Shown in pieces: positions 1 through 13,996 of a stretch of DNA of 39,245 bases. Origin of the DNA: a virus (lineage: Duplodnaviria > Heunggongvirae > Uroviricota > Caudoviricetes); IMG/VR virus record IMGVR_UViG_2558860161_000002; one strand, 5' to 3'. Made by a program: the position numbers and the translations under genes. The stretch's first letter is position 1. Each line of letters begins with the position of its first letter. The notes beneath the pieces are model-generated. The model worked only from the letters and a program-made list of their open reading frames with translations, ran no database searches and was not told where the DNA came from.

Positions 1-95
1 AGTCGCTGTCGTTCTCAAAATCGGTGGAGCTGCATGACAAAGTCATCGGGCATTATCTGAACATAAAACACTATCAATAAGTTGGAGTCATTACC
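1..95 (+). mobile_element. IS1 right-end fragment (terminal 95 bp including insB 3' end and the right inverted repeat); the element continues beyond the left window edge
   Basis: 1..95 is the same sequence as 30166..30260, the 3' end of the complete IS1 copy; ends ...caataagttggagtcattacc. Confidence 0.9.
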
Positions 96-308
96 CAGTT
101 TTGTCACAATCAATTGATCACCACATTTCAGGCGAGCAAGCAACCGGTTAAAACCAGGACGCTCACTGGTTGCTGCTGAGCCGCTAATGTGTTCTTCGAT
201 TATTTGCTGAGGTTTGATTTTAAAACCTGCACTTTCGATTTCCCGGCGTTGATTTTCGGTGGTCTGATCCAGCGTTGATATCCGACAGTAAGCAAAAATT
301 CGAGACAT
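96..308 (-). pseudogene. pinQ: Pin-family serine recombinase/DNA invertase, N-terminal fragment (about 71 codons) truncated by IS1
   Basis: ATG at 308; translation [29 protein letters not shown]...GDQLIVTKL with the catalytic Ser motif, then runs straight into IS1 sequence at 95. Confidence 0.85.
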
Positions 309-624
309 AGTGAGACTCTATACGAAATTGGTGTTCATATCATAATGCATCTCAGAAAATAATTTTGATTATTTTTGTGCATATTTTTATGTACACGTTC
401 GAAAATAAACGAATGCGTATGCAACCCCGTAATTTTGGTGAGACCCAAAATCGATTTTGTGAAAAATGGCTTTAACTCGGTTTGTTTTTCGAGTTCCGGG
501 CGGACTCAAGGAAGAAGAATAGTGTTGCGTGTTATTTTAACCAGATTTCAAGTTGTTTGGTCGTGGAAAAGTGGAGCAAAATGTTGTTAAAGTGGAAAAA
601 TGATAAAAAAGTAAGTTTATTATA

Positions 625-858
625 TTACATTTTACCATTTAAATTTTGGTTGTCTTTAAGAACTGATATCGCTGTTTGTAATAATTCTTTGTTATCCAGC
701 CATGATTTTTTCTTTATGTTTCCTTCAATGTAATCAAGCAATGTTCTGGTATTGATAGGTCTTCCCTGTTTTGCTACTTCCACTACAGCATCCCCTAGGA
801 TAATTCTTACTTCAGGAAGCTGCGCAGGGAACCACTTTAGGGTGTCTTTTGATTTCAT
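625..858 (-). CDS. ydfK: small prophage protein, YdfK/YnaE-like (77 aa from the internal Met MKSKDTLKWF...)
   Basis: ORF 625..891; lies between the invertase and ydfJ as remembered for Qin; start chosen by recollection of a 77-aa product. Confidence 0.5.
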   Translation of the reverse strand: MKSKDTLKWFPAQLPEVRIILGDAVVEVAKQGRPINTRTLLDYIEGNIKKKSWLDNKELLQTAISVLKDNQNLNGKM

Positions 859-1644
859 GAAGATATTCCTTAAAATATTATTGATTTTCATTGCGATATT
901 GTATGTCTGATTCAGGATATGTTGACTTATACATCGGTTTTGTCTGGGTTATTGGATATGCCAATCCCTAATTTTATTAGGGCATGACTAAAAATGCTGA
1001 ATATGATAAGGAGAGATGTGATTATCAGTATGCTGTTCATATAGCCTCGAATTAGTAATGTGTTATATATGATATAGTTGACAATTTTTATCTTGGGTGT
1101 TCTTAAAGTTCGTAGATAAACATTGTCGTTTCAGGTATACAGGAATGCTAACAGGTGGCAGCAAAAATCAGGCGGTTTATGGCGCAAGCTGAAGCGGCAA
1201 CTGCAAACTATCTTATGCAGAGACTCTACACGGATTGGGTTTAAAAGTATACATAGATAACAGTTTTTATCTGAAAAATAAAAATATCAAGGTGATATAG
1301 CCTATATGCCTTTGATGCGGAGGAATGAATGTGATGGGAGTGATGTATCTGAATAGTTGAAAAACCGCAGACACGCCTTATGCAAGAACGTGCTGCGGTT
1401 GGCTGGTAAATTTTTCGATAGTGTGAGTATTGAATGATTTCCAGCCGTTCTTGATTTTACGCATAAATCCATGAAAAAACTACTTATCTGTTGGGGAGTT
1501 TTTTTTGGGGCATATATGGGACAGAAATAGGCCCCAGATAGACACTGAGATCGAACTTAGGATGCTTTTTAAAAAATGCAACTATCTGAAAAAACCTAGA
1601 AAACGCCAAGGAAACCACAGGATGGGAAAAAACACCTGTGAATT

Positions 1645-2928
1645 ATGGATTTCCAGTTATATTCGCTCGGCGCAGCGTTAGTGTTTCATGAAATATTTTT
1701 TCCTGAATCATCAACGGCAATGGCGTTAATTCTGGCAATGGGAACCTACGGTGCAGGTCATGTGGCGCGTATTGTCGGAGCATTTATTTTCGGCAAAATG
1801 GGCGACAGAATAGGGCGTAAAAAAGTGCTCTTTATTACCATCACCATGATGGGGATCTGTACCACCTTAATTGGTGTGTTACCGACCTATGCACAGATTG
1901 GTGTTTTTGCCCCCATCTTGCTGGTGACGCTGCGTATTATTCAGGGATTGGGTGCAGGTGCGGAAATTTCCGGTGCCGGTACGATGCTGGCGGAATATGC
2001 GCCAAAAGGTAAGCGCGGAATTATCTCCTCATTTGTGGCTATGGGAACTAACTGCGGAACTTTAAGCGCAACGGCAATCTGGGCCTTTATGTTCTTCATT
2101 CTCAGTAAAGAGGAACTGCTGGCGTGGGGATGGCGTATACCGTTCCTGGCGAGCGTTGTCGTGATGGTCTTTGCTATCTGGTTGCGTATGAATCTGAAAG
2201 AAAGCCCGGTTTTTGAGAAGGTTAACGACAGCAACCAACCGACAGCAAAACCTGCACCTGCTGGTAGCATGTTCCAGAGCAAATCCTTCTGGCTGGCAAC
2301 AGGGCTGCGTTTTGGTCAGGCGGGTAACTCAGGTTTAATTCAGACTTTCCTTGCGGGCTATTTAGTGCAGACGTTATTGTTTAACAAAGCAATTCCAACA
2401 GATGCATTGATGATCAGTTCGATTCTCGGCTTTATGACCATTCCGTTCCTTGGTTGGTTATCCGATAAAATTGGTCGCCGGATCCCGTATATTATTATGA
2501 ATACCTCCGCGATTGTGCTGGCATGGCCAATGCTTTCTATCATCGTAGATAAAAGCTATGCCCCGAGCACCATTATGGTTGCACTGATTGTGATTCATAA
2601 CTGTGCGGTGCTGGGATTATTTGCTCTGGAAAATATTACCATGGCAGAAATGTTCGGCTGTAAAAACCGCTTTACCCGGATGGCTATTTCTAAAGAAATT
2701 GGTGGTCTTATCGCTTCCGGTTTTGGTCCTATCCTGGCGGGTATTTTCTGCACCATGACGGAATCCTGGTATCCGATCGCCATTATGATCATGGCATATT
2801 CAGTGATTGGTTTAATCTCTGCGCTGAAAATGCCAGAAGTGAAAGACCGTGATTTAAGTGCGCTGGAAGACGCCGCGGAAGATCAACCGCGTGTTGTAAG
2901 AGCTGCGCAACCTTCCAGAAGTCTGTAA
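1645..2928 (+). CDS. ydfJ: MFS transporter (metabolite:H+ symporter type), 427 aa, apparently lacking the N-terminal part of helix 1
   Basis: 427-aa ORF with many predicted membrane helices; in-frame TGA 6 nt upstream of the ATG; N-terminus begins inside the conserved first-helix motif. Confidence 0.8.
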   Translation: MDFQLYSLGAALVFHEIFFPESSTAMALILAMGTYGAGHVARIVGAFIFGKMGDRIGRKKVLFITITMMGICTTLIGVLPTYAQIGVFAPILLVTLRIIQGLGAGAEISGAGTMLAEYAPKGKRGIISSFVAMGTNCGTLSATAIWAFMFFILSKEELLAWGWRIPFLASVVVMVFAIWLRMNLKESPVFEKVNDSNQPTAKPAPAGSMFQSKSFWLATGLRFGQAGNSGLIQTFLAGYLVQTLLFNKAIPTDALMISSILGFMTIPFLGWLSDKIGRRIPYIIMNTSAIVLAWPMLSIIVDKSYAPSTIMVALIVIHNCAVLGLFALENITMAEMFGCKNRFTRMAISKEIGGLIASGFGPILAGIFCTMTESWYPIAIMIMAYSVIGLISALKMPEVKDRDLSALEDAAEDQPRVVRAAQPSRSL

Positions 2929-2955
2929 ATCCTCAATCCCGGTAATGACTCCAAC

Positions 2956-3459
2956 TTATTGATAGTGTTTTATGTTCAGATAATGCCCGATGACTTTGTC
3001 ATGCAGCTCCACCGATTTTGAGAACGACAGCGACTTCCGTCCCAGCCGTGCCAGGTGCTGCCTCAGATTCAGGTTATGCCGCTCAATTCGCTGCGTATAT
3101 CGCTTGCTGATTACGTGCAGCTTTCCCTTCAGGCGGGATTCATACAGCGGCCAGCCATCCGTCATCCATATCACCACGTCAAAGGGTGACAGCAGGCTCA
3201 TAAGACGCCCCAGCGTCGCCATAGTGCGTTCACCGAATACGTGCGCAACAACCGTCTTCCGGAGCCTGTCATACGCGTAAAACAGCCAGCGCTGGCGCGA
3301 TTTAGCCCCGACATAGCCCCACTGTTCGTCCATTTCCGCGCAGACGATGACGTCACTGCCCGGCTGTATGCGCGAGGTTACCGACTGCGGCCTGAGTTTT
3401 TTAAGTGACGTAAAATCGTGTTGAGGCCAACGCCCATAATGCGGGCTGTTGCCCGGCAT
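2956..3459 (-). CDS. insB: IS1 InsB reading frame (normally expressed as an InsAB' frameshift fusion)
   Basis: 167-aa ORF overlapping insA 3' end, identical to the insB ORF of the IS1 at 29493..30260. Confidence 0.9.
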
Positions 3460-3653
3460 CCAACGCCATTCATGGCCATATCAATGATTTTCTGGTGCGT
3501 ACCGGGTTGAGAAGCGGTGTAAGTGAACTGCAGTTGCCATGTTTTACGGCAGTGAGAGCAGAGATAGCGCTGATGTCCGGCGGTGCTTTTGCCGTTACGC
3601 ACCACCCCGTCAGTAGCTGAACAGGAGGGACAGCTGATAGAAACAGAAGCCAC
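3378..3653 (-). CDS. insA: IS1 InsA (91 aa)
   Basis: [46 protein letters not shown]... Confidence 0.9.
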
Positions 3654-3708
3654 TGGAGCACCTCAAAAACACCATCATACACTAAATCAGTAAGTTGGTA
3701 GCATCACC

Positions 3709-4094
3709 CAAAACTGGATCGCCTTGGTTGTAATGCAATGGATATCAGGAAAACAGTGGAACAACTGACCGAAACAGGTATCAGAGTGCATTGCTTAGCA
3801 TTGGGGGGCATTGACCTGACCAGTCCAACAGGAAAAATGATGATGCAAGTAATTTCAGCAGTCGCTGAATTTGAACGAGACCTTTTACTTGAACGCACTC
3901 ATTCCGGGATAGTAAGAGCCCGGGGCGCAGGGAAACGTTTTGGTCGACCACCTGTGTTAAATGAAGAACAGAAACAGGTGGTATTCGAACGAATTAAGTC
4001 AGGTGTAAGTATAAGTGCCATTGCCCGGGAATTCAAAACCTCGCGGCAAACCATTTTAAGAGCCAAAGCAAAACTTCAGACACCTGACATATAA
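3709..4094 (+). pseudogene. pinQ: Pin-family DNA invertase, C-terminal fragment (continues the 96..308 fragment, which is on the opposite strand)
   Basis: in-frame translation from the IS1 boundary: (K)[32 protein letters not shown]...KAKLQTPDI; first ATG at 3738. Confidence 0.85.
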
Positions 4095-4191
4095 AAAATA
4101 ATCTCGGTGTGAGATGCTTTACGTCTTCCAAGCCACCTTCCTTGCCGTAAATGGAAAGATACATCTAATTATAGAATTTATATGTTTTACC

Positions 4192-4767
4192 CTACGGCAG
4201 TGCTGGCCATTCAATATCCTGTGCAGTTGACGTATCAACACGGTTCAGCAATACCCGATACTTTTTCCATGCTTCCAGCAACGAGATTTCTTCCTCCGTT
4301 GCAATTTCCAGATCTGCAGCATCCTGAAGCGGCGCAATATGCTCACTGGCTACCTGCATCAGGCTGTTTTTTGTTTCTTCCGCCTCCCGGATCCGGAACA
4401 GTTTTTCTGCTTCCGTATCCTTCACCCAGGCTGTGCCGTTCCACTTCTGATATTCCCCTCCCGGCGATAACCAGGTAACATTTTCCGGTAACGGACCGAG
4501 TTCAGAAATAAATAACGCGTCGCCGGAAGCCACGTCATAAACCGTTTTACCCCGATGATCTTCAACGAGATGCCACGATGCCTCATCACTGTTGAAAACA
4601 GCCACGAAGCCTGCCGGAATATCTGGCGGTGCAATATCGATACTGTTTGCTGGCAGACCTGTATGAGGCGGAATATATGCGTCACCTTCACCAATAAATT
4701 CATTAGTTCCGGCCAGCAGATTATAAATTTTTATGGTCCGTGGTTGTTCACTCATTCTGAATGCCAT
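4192..4767 (-). CDS. tfa: tail fiber assembly protein (lambda Tfa family)
   Basis: 191-aa [37 protein letters not shown]..., near-identical to remembered lambda Tfa; start overlaps stf stop. Confidence 0.9.
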   Translation of the reverse strand: MAFRMSEQPRTIKIYNLLAGTNEFIGEGDAYIPPHTGLPANSIDIAPPDIPAGFVAVFNSDEASWHLVEDHRGKTVYDVASGDALFISELGPLPENVTWLSPGGEYQKWNGTAWVKDTEAEKLFRIREAEETKNSLMQVASEHIAPLQDAADLEIATEEEISLLEAWKKYRVLLNRVDTSTAQDIEWPALP

Positions 4768-7700
4768 TATGCAAGCCTCACAATATAGTTAAATGCGATG
4801 TTTTTGACGGTGTTTTCCGCGTTACCAGCAGCGTTAACGGTGATGGTATGTCCATGTGAACCAATCGCAACGGAGTGCGTATGAGCACCAATACCGACAG
4901 TATGTGCGTGTGCACCTGCGCTTGCAGCAGTACCCGATACAGAGTGCGTATGAGCGCCTGCAGAAGAAGTGTTAACACTGTATTTAGAATAATCAGGTGA
5001 TCCACTTCCCGGAGCACCACTGGAACCACCTGAAACAAATGTCATCGAATGGGTATGTGCACCGGCTGAAGCAGCCGTACCGCTAACACTATGGGTATGC
5101 GCACCAGTGTTATTCGTGGATTTAGTGCCGTAATCAAACGACGATGTGGTTTTCGTCCCCAAATCCGTACTGGATACGCTGGCGCTGTGGGTGTGTGATT
5201 TAATGCCGTCCTGTTCCTGAGACAATACGGCTCGATCACTGGCGGGCTTGCCCTTAATCGTCCAGCCACGCATATCAGGGATCACGCCTGACGGATAAGC
5301 GGCTGCAAGTTTCGGGTAAGCAGATTTGTCAAAAGTCTGCCCCTGCATCAGGGCATAACCAGACGGAACGGTATCTGATGGCCACGGGATTGGTGCACCG
5401 ACTGGATAAAACTCTGCAGGAGGATGAGCCGAGGTGTAAAGCTGCGCCCACGGCGACCAGTTTGCGTCGGTCGTATCCCGTCGTGAACGAATAAATGCCG
5501 GAGCATGAGCACCGCTTGTACCACTCCAGCCGATGAGTAACTCACCTTCGCCAACGGCTGTCATCCCTTTCAGGTGAATGATATTTCCATACGCTGTTGG
5601 ATATCCGTTGTTATACACCTCGTATAACTCAAGACCTGTTGCCCCCTGCGTATTGTCTGTCAGCGCGGTTACCCGACCTTTTGAAGACAGATTAACTGAT
5701 GATACTGCTGTTCCACCTGACGGTAACGCCCCGATCTCTGATGCCGTTGGCTTATTTCTGGAGTTATAGTCCCTTCGCCAGCCAGGTGAATAATCTGTTC
5801 CGTGATTAATATAGGTAAACTGGGCGTTAGTTGTTCCACCACCAGTGGAGGTGGTCGGTGTGGTAATGCGGATCGTCATCGCTGACTTTATCCCCATTAC
5901 TTCAATGACAGCTCCGGCGAGATGAATATTACCGCAGCCAGTATCAGTAATGATTTTATTATTGCCATAAGACCAGGAACCCTTGCACATCCAGTATGGA
6001 TGGTTAAATGCTCCCTGAGAATCCAGCCACTCGATAAACTGTGCAGTCGTCCAGTTTCCTGTTGTTGTGCTTACTGACCCACCGAAGGCACGGCAGGCAC
6101 CAATATTTTTCGTAAAGGTGTCTTTGCCAGGGATATCCGCACCGTTCTGATCTTTCTGCAGACGTTTCTCAGCATTGTCATTGGCTGCTTTTACTGCCTT
6201 TGGCGTTGCCGCCAGCGTTTCAGACGTGCTGTTGGTCGCGCTGCTTAGCTGGATTATCCCTTTCTGTGCTGTCGTTGCATCCTGTGCGGTGTATTTCCCG
6301 TTAGCCAGGTCATACGCGGCCTTAACGGCTTTTGGCGTTGCCGCCAGTGACTCGGAAGTGCTGTTGGTCGCACTGCTGAGCTGTACTATCCCCTTTTTCG
6401 TCGTGCTCGCATCCTCAAGCGCCACGACGGATGCAATATCCTCTGCCCGTTTTGCCGCTGTCTCAGCGCGCGTTGCTGCAGATTCCGCCGTACTTTTGCT
6501 CTGAGCTGCTGCCGTCGCACTGCCAGCTGCCTCTGTCGCCTTCGTGGATGCCGTCGTGGCGCTACCCTTCGCTGCTGACGCCTGTCTGGTCGCCTCATCT
6601 TTTGAAGCAGACGCAGATGATGCCGATGACGACGCCGAACTGGCTGACGATGCGGCAGCCGTTTTTGAGGATTCTGCGCTGGTTTCCGACGCTTTCGCGT
6701 TCGTTTCGGATGTCTTCGCTGCGGAAGCAGACCTCGCTGCTGCGCTGGCCTGTTCAGTGGCTTCGCCAGCCTTCGTTGTGGCTGTTGAAGCAGACGATGC
6801 GGCGCTTTCTGCCGATTTTCCGGCGGCGGTGGCACTGGCTGAGGCCTGCCCGGCACTTGTTGACGCTGCACTGGCAGACGACGCAGCCGCTGTTTTTGAG
6901 CCTGCCGCAGCCGAGGCGCTCTGTCCCGCTGCCGTTTCAGAAGACCTGGCGTTCGTCTCTGACGTTTTTGCCGCCTTCGCGGAATTTCCTGCCGCTGTTG
7001 CCGAGGAAGCTGCGCTACTGGCGCTCGAGGATGCGTTCGTTTCTGATGATTTTGCCGCCTCTTTTGAAGCCGCCGCATCCCGGGCTGAGGTGGCAGCTTC
7101 TGACGCTTTCGTAGTCGCGGTGGATGCAGAAGTGGCTGCTGATTGTTGTGACGCTGCAGCATTCGTTTCTGACGTTTTCGCGGCACTGGCACTGGTAGCT
7201 GCCGCGCTTTTTGAGGACTCTGCAGCGGCAGCACTTTTTGATGCTTCAGTGGCCTTTGTTGATGCCGTTCCTGCGCTGGAAGTCGCTGACTGAGCCGACG
7301 ACGCGGCCTGTCCGGCTGACGTGCTGGCTGCGCGTGCTGAGCCTGCAGCATCAGTCGCATGGGTTGCCGCCTCACGGGCTGATGTGCTGGCATCACTGGC
7401 TGACTTCTTCGCGGCTGCCGTGTTCTGTGCCACCACGGACGCGTTACGCGCCACCTCTTCCACCATCAGCTCAAAACGGCGCAGTGCCTCCGGACGGGCA
7501 TCATCCTCCGTCATGGCACCGAGAAAATCATTCAGCGTACCGGGTCGGGAATCTTCATACACTGTGATGGTCCCGGCATGTGACGGCGGGAATCCTTCCA
7601 CCAACAGAATAACGCTGTACTGACCGTACTCAACGTCCATACTGTAACGCCCGGCTTCATCCGGATTTTCAGATGCCAGCGTGTTCACCACCACCGTGGT

Positions 7701-7796
7701 ACTGTTACGTTTTGCTTTCAGCTGGATTGTGCAGTTCTGTACCGGTTTTCCTGTGCCGTCTTTCAGTACACCTGAAATTTTTACTGCCATATTCAC
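4767..7796 (-). CDS. stf: side tail fiber protein (lambda Stf family), 1009 aa with a long Ala/Ser/Thr-rich tract and a C-terminal His-box region
   Basis: N-terminus M(NM)[25 protein letters not shown]; C-terminus with repeated GAHTHS/GAHAHT motifs ending [14 protein letters not shown]. Confidence 0.9.
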   Translation of the reverse strand: MNMAVKISGVLKDGTGKPVQNCTIQLKAKRNSTTVVVNTLASENPDEAGRYSMDVEYGQYSVILLVEGFPPSHAGTITVYEDSRPGTLNDFLGAMTEDDARPEALRRFELMVEEVARNASVVAQNTAAAKKSASDASTSAREAATHATDAAGSARAASTSAGQAASSAQSATSSAGTASTKATEASKSAAAAESSKSAAATSASAAKTSETNAAASQQSAATSASTATTKASEAATSARDAAASKEAAKSSETNASSSASSAASSATAAGNSAKAAKTSETNARSSETAAGQSASAAAGSKTAAASSASAASTSAGQASASATAAGKSAESAASSASTATTKAGEATEQASAAARSASAAKTSETNAKASETSAESSKTAAASSASSASSSASSASASKDEATRQASAAKGSATTASTKATEAAGSATAAAQSKSTAESAATRAETAAKRAEDIASVVALEDASTTKKGIVQLSSATNSTSESLAATPKAVKAAYDLANGKYTAQDATTAQKGIIQLSSATNSTSETLAATPKAVKAANDNAEKRLQKDQNGADIPGKDTFTKNIGACRAFGGSVSTTTGNWTTAQFIEWLDSQGAFNHPYWMCKGSWSYGNNKIITDTGCGNIHLAGAVIEVMGIKSAMTIRITTPTTSTGGGTTNAQFTYINHGTDYSPGWRRDYNSRNKPTASEIGALPSGGTAVSSVNLSSKGRVTALTDNTQGATGLELYEVYNNGYPTAYGNIIHLKGMTAVGEGELLIGWSGTSGAHAPAFIRSRRDTTDANWSPWAQLYTSAHPPAEFYPVGAPIPWPSDTVPSGYALMQGQTFDKSAYPKLAAAYPSGVIPDMRGWTIKGKPASDRAVLSQEQDGIKSHTHSASVSSTDLGTKTTSSFDYGTKSTNNTGAHTHSVSGTAASAGAHTHSMTFVSGGSSGAPGSGSPDYSKYSVNTSSAGAHTHSVSGTAASAGAHAHTVGIGAHTHSVAIGSHGHTITVNAAGNAENTVKNIAFNYIVRLA

Positions 7797-7800
7797 CCCA

Positions 7801-7828
7801 CAAAAAAGCCCGCCTGAACCGGCGGGCT
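7801..7828 (-). terminator. rho-independent terminator-like hairpin downstream of lom
   Basis: agcccgcc-tgaacc-ggcgggct stem-loop preceded by an A-run on the plus strand (T-run on the minus strand). Confidence 0.5.
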
Positions 7829-7854
7829 GTCATAACACTGTGTTACCTGGCTAA

Positions 7855-8454
7855 TCAGAATTTATAACCAACACCCACGATGAACCCGTCAGTGCGCCAG
7901 TCACCACTGCCGGAGCCTTCATAAGCGACATCAATGGCCACGGATTCGGTCGGGTTAAACTGCACGCCAGCTCCCCACGCCAGAGACGTGTTGCTGTGGC
8001 GACCGTCATCACTTCCGGTCAGCACATCGTGCTTTTTCCCCTTGTTGTCAGTTACGCGGAGATAATCCCCGGAGAAAGTCGACACACGGCTGTAAGCCAC
8101 ACCCGCCATCGCATACGCGCTGAACCATTCATTCACGCGCACAGACGGCCCCGCCATTACGCTGAACCAGCGGTTACGAACGGAATCTTCATGCCAGCGG
8201 GTATCGCTGGAACGGGTAATCTGGCGATTCTTGTCTCCTGCATAGCTGAACGACGTCACCATCCCCAGTGTGTCCGTAAACTCATAACGGTATTTCACGT
8301 TAATCCCGTTCAGATCATCACTGCCGGGAACGTTCGTCCGGGCATGAAGATACCCCGCGCTCAGCGTGGACTGATGTTCAGACGCCCATGCAGGCGCACC
8401 GGATACGGCCAGACAAATGGCTGCGGACAAAATGGCGGCATAAAGTTTACGCAT
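7855..8454 (-). CDS. lom: Lom outer-membrane protein (Ail/Lom/OmpX beta-barrel family)
   Basis: 199-aa ORF with signal peptide [24 protein letters not shown] and C-terminal ...GVGYKF. Confidence 0.9.
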   Translation of the reverse strand: MRKLYAAILSAAICLAVSGAPAWASEHQSTLSAGYLHARTNVPGSDDLNGINVKYRYEFTDTLGMVTSFSYAGDKNRQITRSSDTRWHEDSVRNRWFSVMAGPSVRVNEWFSAYAMAGVAYSRVSTFSGDYLRVTDNKGKKHDVLTGSDDGRHSNTSLAWGAGVQFNPTESVAIDVAYEGSGSGDWRTDGFIVGVGYKF

Positions 8455-8520
8455 AATTACCTCTCGCTTTTCTGCAATAAAAAAGGCGTCATTTCTGACG
8501 CCCGTTCTGGGTTATAAAAT

Positions 8521-11922
<3,402 letters not shown>

Positions 11923-11979
11923 TCACGCTCCATAAACGACAAAACCGCCCGCAGGCGGTTTCACATAAAACATTTTGCA

Positions 11980-12651
11980 TCAGCGACCAATCACCACAAC
12001 CTGACCACCGTCCCCTTCGTCTGCCGTGCTGATCTCCTGAGAAACCACGCGTGACCCCACGCGCATTTCACCGTACAGAACCGGCAGAACATTGCCCTGG
12101 GCAACCATGTTATCCAGTGAGGAGAAATAGGTGTTCTGTTTGCCGTTATCCGTTGTCTGTGTACGGGGAGTTCTGGCTTTCGGTGCCAGCATCTGCGCCA
12201 CACCACCGAGCACCATACTGGCACCGAGAGAAAACAGGATGCCGGTCATACCACCGGCCCCAATGGCTGCCCCCCATGCTGCAAGGGTGGCTCCGGCGGT
12301 AAAGAATGATCCGGCAATGGCGGCAGCCCCCAGGACAATCTGGAATACGCCACCTGACTTGGCCCCGGCGACTCTGGGAACAATATGAATCACAGCGCCA
12401 TCAGGCAGAGTCTCATGTAACTGCGCCGTTAACCCGGACGTGCTGACGTCCCGCCCGGCAATCCGTACCTGATACCAGCCGTCGCTCAGTTTCTGACGAA
12501 ACGCCGGGAGCTGTGTGGCCAGTGCCCGGATGGCTTCAGCCCCCGTTTTCACACGAAGGTCGATGCGGCGACCAAATCGTTGTAAATCCCCGTAAAGGCA
12601 GATGCGCGCCATGCCCGGTGACGCCAGAGGGAGTGTGTGCGTCGCTGCCAT
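11980..12651 (-). CDS. I: tail assembly protein I
   Basis: 223-aa ORF MAATHTLPLASPGMARICLYGDLQRFG... Confidence 0.9.
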   Translation of the reverse strand: MAATHTLPLASPGMARICLYGDLQRFGRRIDLRVKTGAEAIRALATQLPAFRQKLSDGWYQVRIAGRDVSTSGLTAQLHETLPDGAVIHIVPRVAGAKSGGVFQIVLGAAAIAGSFFTAGATLAAWGAAIGAGGMTGILFSLGASMVLGGVAQMLAPKARTPRTQTTDNGKQNTYFSSLDNMVAQGNVLPVLYGEMRVGSRVVSQEISTADEGDGGQVVVIGR

Positions 12652-13292
12652 TTGTCGGTGTACCTCTCTCGTTTGCTCAGTTGTTCAGGAATATGGTGCA
12701 GCAGCTCGCCGTCGCCGCAGTAAATTGCGGCGTGATTCGGCACCGATGAACCAAAACAGCACAGCAGCACATCGCCCGGCTGTGCCGCTGACAACGGCAC
12801 CTGATACAGCCCCGTCGCCTCCAGATTATCCAGATAGAGATTCTGGCCGTTACGCCACCAGTCATCCTCACGATGAAAGTCCGGCATCTCAATCCCCGCC
12901 AGATGATAAGCATCCCGGAACAGTGTGTAACAGTCCGTCACACCGTGCTCAAAGCGCCGCCCGGTGAGATGCGGCACACAGCGGAACTTATGAATCGTCC
13001 CCCGGCAGACCAGCCACCACGGCAAATCACTCTGCACCTGCAGCCGCCGGTCGGCCTCACTCAGCCAGGGCAGACCACCGGGGTGGCTGTGGACCAGCGC
13101 CACAATCTCACCCTGCATTTCTGCCTGCAGCCAGTCTTCCGGCGACATACGGAAATACGCCTCCGGCTCACCGGAGATATTCACGCAGGGGAAATATCTT
13201 TCCCCCTCCGGCGTGCTTACCACGAAGCCGCACGACTCCGCTGGCGCACATCGCCGGGCGTGCGCCAGAATCGCTGATTCTGTCTGTGTCAT
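12549..13292 (-). CDS. K: tail assembly protein K (MPN/JAMM-like plus NlpC/P60-like); open frame starts at 13292, lambda-annotated start corresponds to the internal Met at about 13148
   Basis: ORF MTQTESAILAHARRC...HSHPGG...; overlaps gene I by 103 bp. Confidence 0.85.
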   Translation of the reverse strand: MTQTESAILAHARRCAPAESCGFVVSTPEGERYFPCVNISGEPEAYFRMSPEDWLQAEMQGEIVALVHSHPGGLPWLSEADRRLQVQSDLPWWLVCRGTIHKFRCVPHLTGRRFEHGVTDCYTLFRDAYHLAGIEMPDFHREDDWWRNGQNLYLDNLEATGLYQVPLSAAQPGDVLLCCFGSSVPNHAAIYCGDGELLHHIPEQLSKRERYTDKWQRRTHSLWRHRAWRASAFTGIYNDLVAASTFV

Positions 13293-13297
13293 GGGAT

Positions 13298-13996
13298 TTA
13301 CTGCGAAAGTTTGTTAATGGAAAGGAAGCCGCCAAAGTTGCCGACGTTATTGCGGAACTTACAACCGCTCAGGCATTTGCTGCATTTATCCTTCGTGATA
13401 TCGGACGTTGGCTGGTCATATTCATCCGCGACAGCCGGACCGCTATAACCGCACTCGTCACCGCGATAGGTCCAGGTGCAGGTGTTGGCCAGCATGATAC
13501 GTCCCGGAAAAACAGCGCCATCCGTTTCCGTCGGCGTGGACAGTACAAAAGAGGCACTCACCGCGCTCAGTTCGCTGCACTGCTCAATGCGCCAGCGGCT
13601 GATCACCTCCTGCTCCGGATCGGCGCCACTGTTTCCGTTGACGAAGTTCACCGCATCCAGAAAACGGGCGTAAACCTTACGCCGGACCACCGTTCCACCG
13701 ACCAGACTCTGCAGATCTTCCGCCATCCCGGTGACCATACCGTACAGGTTAGAAACCGTCAGTGTGGGGCGCGTACTGGTGCCTTTGCCATTCAGTTCAA
13801 AACCACTCCCCTGAATGGGATACGGCTGATACTGTCGCCCCTGCCAGGTGACCGGCTCACCTTTTTCGTTCTGCTCATTACAGAAAAAATAACGTTCTCC
13901 ACCGACCTCTGTCAGGTCGATTTCCCAGAGCACCACGCTGGCCGACTGCTCCGCACGGGTGCATTCATTCAGTGTTTCCTGCCGGATATCCTGCAT
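13298..13996 (-). CDS. L: minor tail protein L
   Basis: 232-aa ORF MQDIRQETLNECTRAEQSASVVLWEIDLTEVGGERYFFCNEQ... Confidence 0.95.
   Translation of the reverse strand: MQDIRQETLNECTRAEQSASVVLWEIDLTEVGGERYFFCNEQNEKGEPVTWQGRQYQPYPIQGSGFELNGKGTSTRPTLTVSNLYGMVTGMAEDLQSLVGGTVVRRKVYARFLDAVNFVNGNSGADPEQEVISRWRIEQCSELSAVSASFVLSTPTETDGAVFPGRIMLANTCTWTYRGDECGYSGPAVADEYDQPTSDITKDKCSKCLSGCKFRNNVGNFGGFLSINKLSQ

Larger units (their letters stand above)
2941..3708 (-). mobile_element. IS1, complete 768-bp copy (right inverted repeat at 2941, left inverted repeat ending 3708)
   Basis: termini ggtaatgactccaacttattgatag... and ...ctaaatcagtaagttggtagcatcacc; contains insA and insB ORFs. Confidence 0.95.

Noticed and set aside
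2990-3280. 96-aa plus-strand ORF inside IS1 (and its twin at 29921..30211)
   Set aside because: Antisense to insB within a canonical IS1; not a known IS1 product.
4094-4192. Possible invertase crossover site or an invertible alternative tail-fibre cassette between the invertase and tfa
   Set aside because: Only about 97 bp separate the two genes; no second inverted stf/tfa C-terminal segment and no clear 26-bp dyad resembling a gix/hix site could be identified by eye, so the invertase appears to be a relic beside a fixed fibre set.
6386-7396. Overlapping long ORFs (336 aa minus-strand, 227 aa and 249 aa plus-strand) within the stf repeat region
   Set aside because: They are alternative or antisense frames of the Ala/Ser-rich low-complexity stf segment; their highly biased compositions are frame artefacts of the repeat.
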